Of a stretch of 64,000 nucleotides of DNA, positions 57,031-64,000 are shown piece by piece (the stretch's first letter is position 1; the number at the start of each line of letters is the position of its first letter). Both the position numbers and the translations under genes were made by a program. This stretch comes from the human T2T-CHM13v2.0 reference genome, Homo sapiens, in NCBI RefSeq assembly GCF_009914755.1, contig NC_060928.1. The stretch is one strand, 5' to 3'. The notes under the pieces are model-generated. The model worked only from the letters and a program-made list of their open reading frames with translations, searched no databases and had not been told where the DNA came from.

Positions 57031-58994
57031 TATTTAGAAACACTAACCACGGCAGAGTAATTACAAAACTTTACTTGTTAGAACGGAAAAAACTTGAGAC
57101 ATTGTTTAGTCCCACTCCATCTTTTTGCAAATATTAAACCTGAATTCCACAGAACTGGCCACTTGCCGAAGGTCCCATGGCTTCTGATGTTCTTGCTGGG
57201 ATTTGAGTTCTAGTGTCTAGTAGACCATTAGTCACAGTCACTATGCGATATCCTGGAAATTTACTAGAAATGTAGATGGAGCCACTCAGTTTCATGTAGC
57301 TCCTTGTGATCCAGACACAGTCCATATTTTTAAATTTAGCTCTCAATTTTTTTATCTTTATTAAATTACTACTTATAAATAGTGGTAAATGACAAATTCT
57401 TTATCATTATATAGTATTATATATTCTAATAATATTTTCAACTGAATAAAATAACAAAAATAGTAGTCTCTGTCCCCATCTCTTCCAATGCCTGATTCCT
57501 ATTTCTAGAGGCAATCATTTTTTTTTTTTTCCCTAGGGTTTCTTCTAGAATGTACCTCCATATAGCTAAATAATATGCTCATATTTCTATTTCTTGGTTT
57601 TCCAGTTTTTGTACCTAATAGTTTCCTTCAACAGGCCCAATTCCTGTCATATGATGACAGCAAGAATGAAAACATCTCCTATAGTTTTCTTAAATTTACT
57701 TGGTGGAGCTAGTGTTTTCCTTGATCTTAGATAAAGTTTAGGATAATCGTTTGGTCAATTTTAGTTAAAAAAATAAACCGTACATTCAATAATTAATATG
57801 CCTATTCTAAACAGTGGTAAAATATTTAATGTCGAGGCATGCATGCTTTTCTCCTCCTGCCTACATTTGTGGTAGGCTGTCAGCTTGCACAGTTTTGCAC
57901 AAAGGAGGAGAATTGGATTCTTGGATCTCCACTTCTACTTCTATGGGATTCTATCCTGCTTCTCCTTCATTTGCTAACCCTTGAAAGTCAAATCTTGGGG
58001 TGGAAATGAGAGGAGAGAGGAGTTTTCTAGGCTATTAATAATATGAGATGGCATACTTCCACTCTGGGAAAGGCATAAATTGACCTGTTCTCTTGTAAGA
58101 TCATTTTGTGGATGCTTTTGACATCTGTCCTGATCGAAATTCCCTCACCACCGGTTCCTGGAAATTCAGAGTTACCTTTCTATTGGGGACTATTGTTTTT
58201 CAACTGATGCAACTGACTGGATCTAACATATCTACCCCTAATTATGGGCCACATCTGTCCTGCAGTAACCAGCCACGCATCGTGTATCCTGACAAACGCT
58301 GAGAGCGTAGGCAGTCTTCTGACTGAACGACTTGTCTTGCACAAAGGTTGGCTTTTTCTCCTCTATGCTAGTGGAAAGGGGCAACACTACTTCTCCCCTC
58401 ACATAGGGAAGGTCATGGGACTCACAGTTATCATTAAACCTCTCCCCAAATCCTTGCCTCTCTTTTTCCCCCAACTCATTTCCTTGACTCTCCAACTGTA
58501 TTTATGGACTGCAGTTAGATATTCAACTAAGTGTTGGCAACCTATTTTCAACCACATTTTGGAGTATTGGGCATATTATTTGGGGACCTCAGCCCAAATG
58601 AAGATTAAAAGTTTCATTTGTAACATTTGATTCCAATATTTCTACTGATTTCCTTCTATGAAAGATGAAAATATAGCTCCCGTCTTTGATCTGTTTTTTG
58701 TTACATTTTTCCCTTGCTTCCATCTTCCTAAAAGAATTTTATCATGTTTTGGGTTGAATCAATATTTGGTGTGCACATTATAGTGATTATAAATATTTAC
58801 AGCTGAGTCACAACTTTTACAGCTTTTTTATCCCATGCAATTTTTCTTTGATTGGCTTTTTTTTCTTTTTAAAATTGTTTATGTACCTATCACTAATTAA
58901 TTCTAAACCATTTCATCTAAGGTACAAATATTGCTTTAATATGTTAAAAATCAGGAAAGGATAATAATTTTAGTTGCAGAGAAAACCTTGATAC

Positions 58995-59353
58995 TTTTAA
59001 AGCAATCTAAATATGACCTGAGAAAGACTCTGAACTTCTATATTTGAGTCCTTTTGTCTCTTATCTACCTATGACCTGGAACACGGTCCTCGCCCCCAAC
59101 CCCACTTTGAGTTCACTCCCAGCTCCACTTTGAGTTGCCCCACCTTACAGGACTGAACTGAACTGATGTATATCTTATACATATTGATTGATGTCTAATG
59201 TCTCCCTAATATGTATGAAAGCAAGCTGTACCCTGACCACCTTGGGCTCATGTTGTCAGAACCTCCTGAGGTTGTATCATGGGTGCATCCTTAACCTTAC
59301 AAAATAATCTTTCCAAATTGGTTGACACCTATCGCAGATATTTTGGGTTCACA
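58995..59353 (+). mobile_element. MER4A-like ERV1 LTR, internally deleted
   Basis: 5' TTAAAGCAATCTAAATATGACCTGAGAAAGACTC..GAGTCCTT joined to 3' ACCTATGACCTGGAA..GACCACCTTGGG..TTTTGGGTTCACA; no clear TSD. Confidence 0.75.
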
Positions 59354-60611
59354 GTCTTTATTCGATCTTCACATTTGATTGCTAGCATAATTGAAAGACT
59401 TTGCTCACTGCCTTCTGGTTGCAGTATACTATGAAGTAGTTTGATAACATCCTAATTCTTGATTTTTTTGTTCTTCCCTCTTCTCGCATTGATTGTGTTG
59501 GTCATTTTAATCTGGCAGTTCATATCTTCAGTTCTAGGAAATAACCTTAGAATTACTTGGATAATTCCCCATTCCCGCAATTCCTCTTCTCCTTTACTGT
59601 AACATCTAACTTCTTATTGAAACCTCCTTGACAGGTCTTCTAATTAAAAAAAAAAAAAATGTTCTCTCCAATTCCTTCCCCACATCTTTGTCTTGTTTCG
59701 ATATCTGAGAAATTTCCTCAAATTTTAAGTGTTGTAACTTTTATTGAGTTTTTATTAATGCTATGAGACAAATGTTTTCTAAGAATTTTGGGGGGAAATA
59801 TTCTCATTTAAAACAAAAACATAGCAATCGATGCTATCATATAAATATATATATATTACATATAAATATATATAACATCTGAAGATCTTACTTTTCTATC
59901 ATTCCCTGAATAGTTTCTGTTTACTCTGGATTTTAAATTTTTTATATTATTTTGGTCTCTTTTTTTTTTACAATGGCAAAGGCTCTTTTCAAATCTGTGT
60001 CAATCCTTTTTTCTGTTTTTACTTAAGCCCAAGGCACTAAAATGCTGTTTGAAAATTCTGTTTATGCAGGTGATTGGTGGTCTCAGGCACTTTATAGTAG
60101 GGAACCTGCCAGTTTGATGGGGGGGATTTCTAAATGTGGTATCCATTGATCTTTTGTTTGAGGCTAGTCCATTTCCCTAGAAAGGATTCTTTAGATTTTC
60201 TGCCAGCGATGTTGTCAATGTGGCTCCCACCATTCTCGGAGTCAGTTTGTTAAGACAGGCTATTGTTTCACTGTGTAGTAGGTCAATTTCCACTTGATCC
60301 CACTTTTTTAAAGCACAGCATTCCACCTAACCCCAGCCCCTTCAGCTGTGCTTTTTGTCTCAAGAGTCAAGTCCGTCTACTTCAAGCTCTCTTGAGAGTA
60401 AACCTCTAGTCTTCTGTTGTGACGCACAGGGAGAACTGCCTGGCTGCATTGAACAGATGAGGGTTTCTTGGACATCTAACCACTACCTATAAAAACTTTC
60501 AAACCATTTTCTAGGATTTAGTAGCACTTAAAAGACTGCCTTCAGAGGTGATTAGGGCCTTCATCACTTCTGTATCCACATTTTAACTTTCAGTTTCTTG
60601 ATATCACTTTT

Positions 60612-60882
60612 GTTTTTCTTTTATTTTTTTTGAGACGGAGTCTAGTGGCGGGATCTCGGCTCACTGCAACATCCACCTCTCGGGTTCAAGCGATTCTCCT
60701 CCCCCTACCCGGCTGCAGCTGGGCTACAGCGCCACCACCACGGCCAGCTAATTTTTGTATTTTTAGTAGAGATGGGGTTTCACCATACTGGCCAGGCTAG
60801 TCTCAAACTCCTGACCTCGTGATCCACCCGCCTTGGCCTCCCAAAGTGCTGAGATTACAGGCGTGAGCCACCGTGCCCAGCC
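60612..60882 (-). mobile_element. AluSg-type SINE with deleted/diverged right arm
   Basis: TGACCTCGTGATCC; perfect 12-bp TSD GATATCACTTTT at 60600-11 and 60883-94. Confidence 0.93.
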
Positions 60883-63555
60883 GATATCACTTTTCTAGTG
60901 TCTTATCTTGCACTCTCTTCTTTGTTCTTGTAAATTTAGGACTTTTTAATTCCTTTACTCTGTTCTCAGTAAAGTTTTGAGATGGAGCAGAAATAAACAT
61001 ACCATGCAATCTATTATGTTTTCTGGAAGCTTTATATCTTCTTTTCCTGTTTATATTTTTTGCACATTTTAAAAGGTTCAACTTCAAATAAATTAGTATA
61101 ATTTAATTTTTTAAATCATGAAAGATGTTAATTTACTTTAATAAACTAAAAATAATAAACATTTATTTAGAATTAATTATTCATGTGACTGGGGGAGGCA
61201 CGTGATTCCACATGATTGGGGAAGTTAAAATGCAAGAATCATTTGAATGTCTCATTGTTCTAATAAATAGCCAAATCAATCTCTTCAGATGAACACAAAC
61301 TGTGCTGGAATACAGATAGTATGTTATACAAAGTCCATGTTATTGGTGTTTTAAAAATGGTTAATATTTGCAGTTTGCATTGACATTGGATGTTTCAGAA
61401 ATGAATTCACAAAAGATTTTTTGATGATAAGGTAGGTACAGAAATTCATAAAAATAATTTTAAGTGAATATTCAATCATGAAATATGTATCAGCAAAACA
61501 AATCTTATTATCTAGTATTCCTTATTGTTATGATGAACAAAGTTATTATATAATAATAGTATTAAATTCTAAGAGTATTCCTGTGGAAAGACGCAAGAAA
61601 TTAAAAAGGTAGTTGTATTTCGCTTCTGATCTATACACAAACTCTGACATATTAACTTTTTGTGGGTCAGTTTTCTTTTTAAATTTATTCCTTTAAAAGT
61701 TGATGATCTATTAGTGAAAGGTCAGTCTTTTATCAAAAATTCACCTTTCTACCACTTCTGTTCTGTTCCCCACACTCTCCACACACACATACATCTTCAA
61801 CAGCTTGCTCTTGTCATGTAGACGTTGGCTGTCTGGATTTTTCAACAGCTGAATTCAAACAATACAGCTTTCAATATTTTATTTTCATTCTTGGAGACAT
61901 ACTATGTAGTTCATTACACAGCCTAGAAATATTCTTACTTCTGTGAAATATTGATTAGTAAAAGACTGGGTTCAATGTTTTATAATTGAATAAATGTGTA
62001 TACTTCTCGAAGTACTATTATTAATAACTAATCAGAGCTTTTTCTATCAGTAAAGAAATCTTTATAAATCAAGCCTTTAGGACCCTAAATTATGCACTTA
62101 ATTACAGAAAGGTTAAATTGATAAATGCTTTATTCTATAACATATGATTTTTGTAAAGCATAAGCTTGGAAAATGAAAAAAATTAGAAAGGTGAATATTA
62201 TAATACGCTAGTACTATAAAGCCTAAGTTACAAAGAAGAAAGTGAACATGAGAAAGAAAAGAAAGGAGAATTCACAGTGCAGATAAGAAAGAATGTTGAA
62301 AATTTAAGACAGTGCTTAATCATTAATAATCGTATTCCATGAAGTGCCCGACTGAGAGAATAAAAGTGAAAAGAGATTTAAAGATAGCTGTGGTGATGGG
62401 GGGCATGGTCATTGGGGCTAGCTCTTCACCAATAAGTTAAAAAATTATTTAGAAAAACTCAAAATAGTCCATTTAGCATTCAACAAAGCTCCATTGGTAC
62501 TAAATCTTTTGTAGCTCTGTATAAGTCTGGTCTTCTAAATAGCCTGAAACATTTAAAATGTCATATAATACAGTTTTCAAGGCAAAGACTAAAAAGAACA
62601 CACTTGGTCAAAAATAAAAAGGCTATAATAAAAAATCTAATATTTTTAGAGGAAAACAACTACCACTTAGCATGATCAAGGAGTTCATTTATAAAAGTTA
62701 TTCATCAGAGACAAATAGGAAACCATTAAGCAGTACTCAGCTTCTACAAGATATATATCCCAATTGCTTATGAGGCTATTTGACATTGTTGAGCTCTTTG
62801 CTCTTTGTAATTGAAGGGCTTTATTAAATAACAAGAGGCTCTTCTTGTATGGACTATTGCCTTTAATTTGTGATATAAATTTCTGCAAAAGACAGCTCAA
62901 AGTCAAGCAGTTAACGCTATGGATGCTATACTGCCAATGTGAACAATTTTAAATGCTCCAGCTGATTTATATATTTTAATTTATAAACGCTGTGTTTCCT
63001 GTTAGTGTTTAATAGAAATTCAAAATATTATCATTATTATTAATTACAAGTTTTATTTGTGGTGTTCTTAAAAAGTTCAATAATCATAAGAGTAATTGTA
63101 TTATTATTTTTACATTTTTTGGCTTAATCTCAGTATAACACTCAATTTAATGTAGTGATCTTCAGCATATTTTTAATATCTGGTAGGGTTAGTTCACCTC
63201 AAGATTAATTTTTCAAAATAACTTGACTATTTGTGGAGTTCTATTCTAATGTATAAAGTTGAATGTTTGCATAACTCTGCACTTTCTTTTGAATTTTGAT
63301 GAAAAGGACAACAAATACATGTAGGTGGACACAATAAGCTATACATTTTCCTTCAGTTTACTTTTAGCTGCCTAACATAGGATGCAAATTTCTCATTTTC
63401 ATTAGTTCTAAGTATTTTATAATTTTACTTAATGGTTTCATTTTAAACTATGGGTTATTTACTAGATATTTTAAGGTTACTACCTAGATTTTGATTTTTC
63501 CTTTTACTTCCCATTTGTTAATGTATATTATCATTGCATTATGGTTAAAGAACAT

Positions 63556-64000
63556 TGCCATGGTTTGGAAATGGTTTGTCTTTCCCCACCAAAACTCATG
63601 TTAAAACTTGATCCCTAATGTGGCTGTGTTGAAAGGTGGGGGCCAGTTGGAGGTGATTGAGTCATAGAAGCAGATCCCTCACGAACAACTTGGTACCATT
63701 CTCCAAAAAGTGAGTGAGTTATCCTATGAAACTGGATTAGTTCTACAGGAAATGGAATAGTTTCCACAAGAGTGGGTTGTTATAAAGTCAGGAGGCTTCT
63801 TGGGTTTCTCCCTTTTGCACTGTCCACTTCTCCTTTGGCCTTTCACCGTGTTGTGATGCAGCATGAAAGCCCTTAGCAGAGGCTGAGCAGATGCTGGCAC
63901 CAACATCATGCTTCTTGTACTTCCCAGCCTGCAGATCTGTGAGCTAAAGAAGCCTCTTTTCTTTATAAATTACCTAGCCTGAAGTCTTCTGGTGTAGCAA
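63556..64000 (+). mobile_element. MSTB-type MaLR LTR (runs off window)
   Basis: TGCCATGGTTTGG..AAAACTCATGTT..TGATCCC; GTGGGTTGTTATAAAG; CTTTTCTTTATAAATTACCTAGCC. Confidence 0.85.

Overview
Primate genomic DNA, most likely human (it carries an SVA with features I recall from the human-specific E/F subfamilies). It is AT-rich and dominated by transposable elements. I cannot support any intact cellular protein-coding gene, RNA gene or CRISPR array. Almost all long ORFs in the track are pieces of L1, Alu or SVA, or are low-complexity artefacts. Main contents: (1) a dead full-length L1PA4/5-type LINE-1 at 33.8-40.0 kb, inside a multi-layer nest of L2, an ERVL provirus, a MER50 LTR and an L1PA15/16; (2) a full-length SVA with TSD at 43.2-45.5 kb; (3) an old L1 with nearly all coding sequence deleted, carrying a MER47A-like MITE, at 12.5-15.3 kb; (4) about 10 Alus, several MaLR/ERV LTRs and L2/MIR relics. 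The most unusual structure is a 45-bp inverted duplication (42/45 complementary, 20-nt loop) inside the ERVL RNase H remnant at 33393-33502, with pri-miRNA-like geometry. Subfamily names come from recalled consensus sequences, not a database search, and boundaries of old repeats are approximate. I found no evidence of a new multi-gene system.
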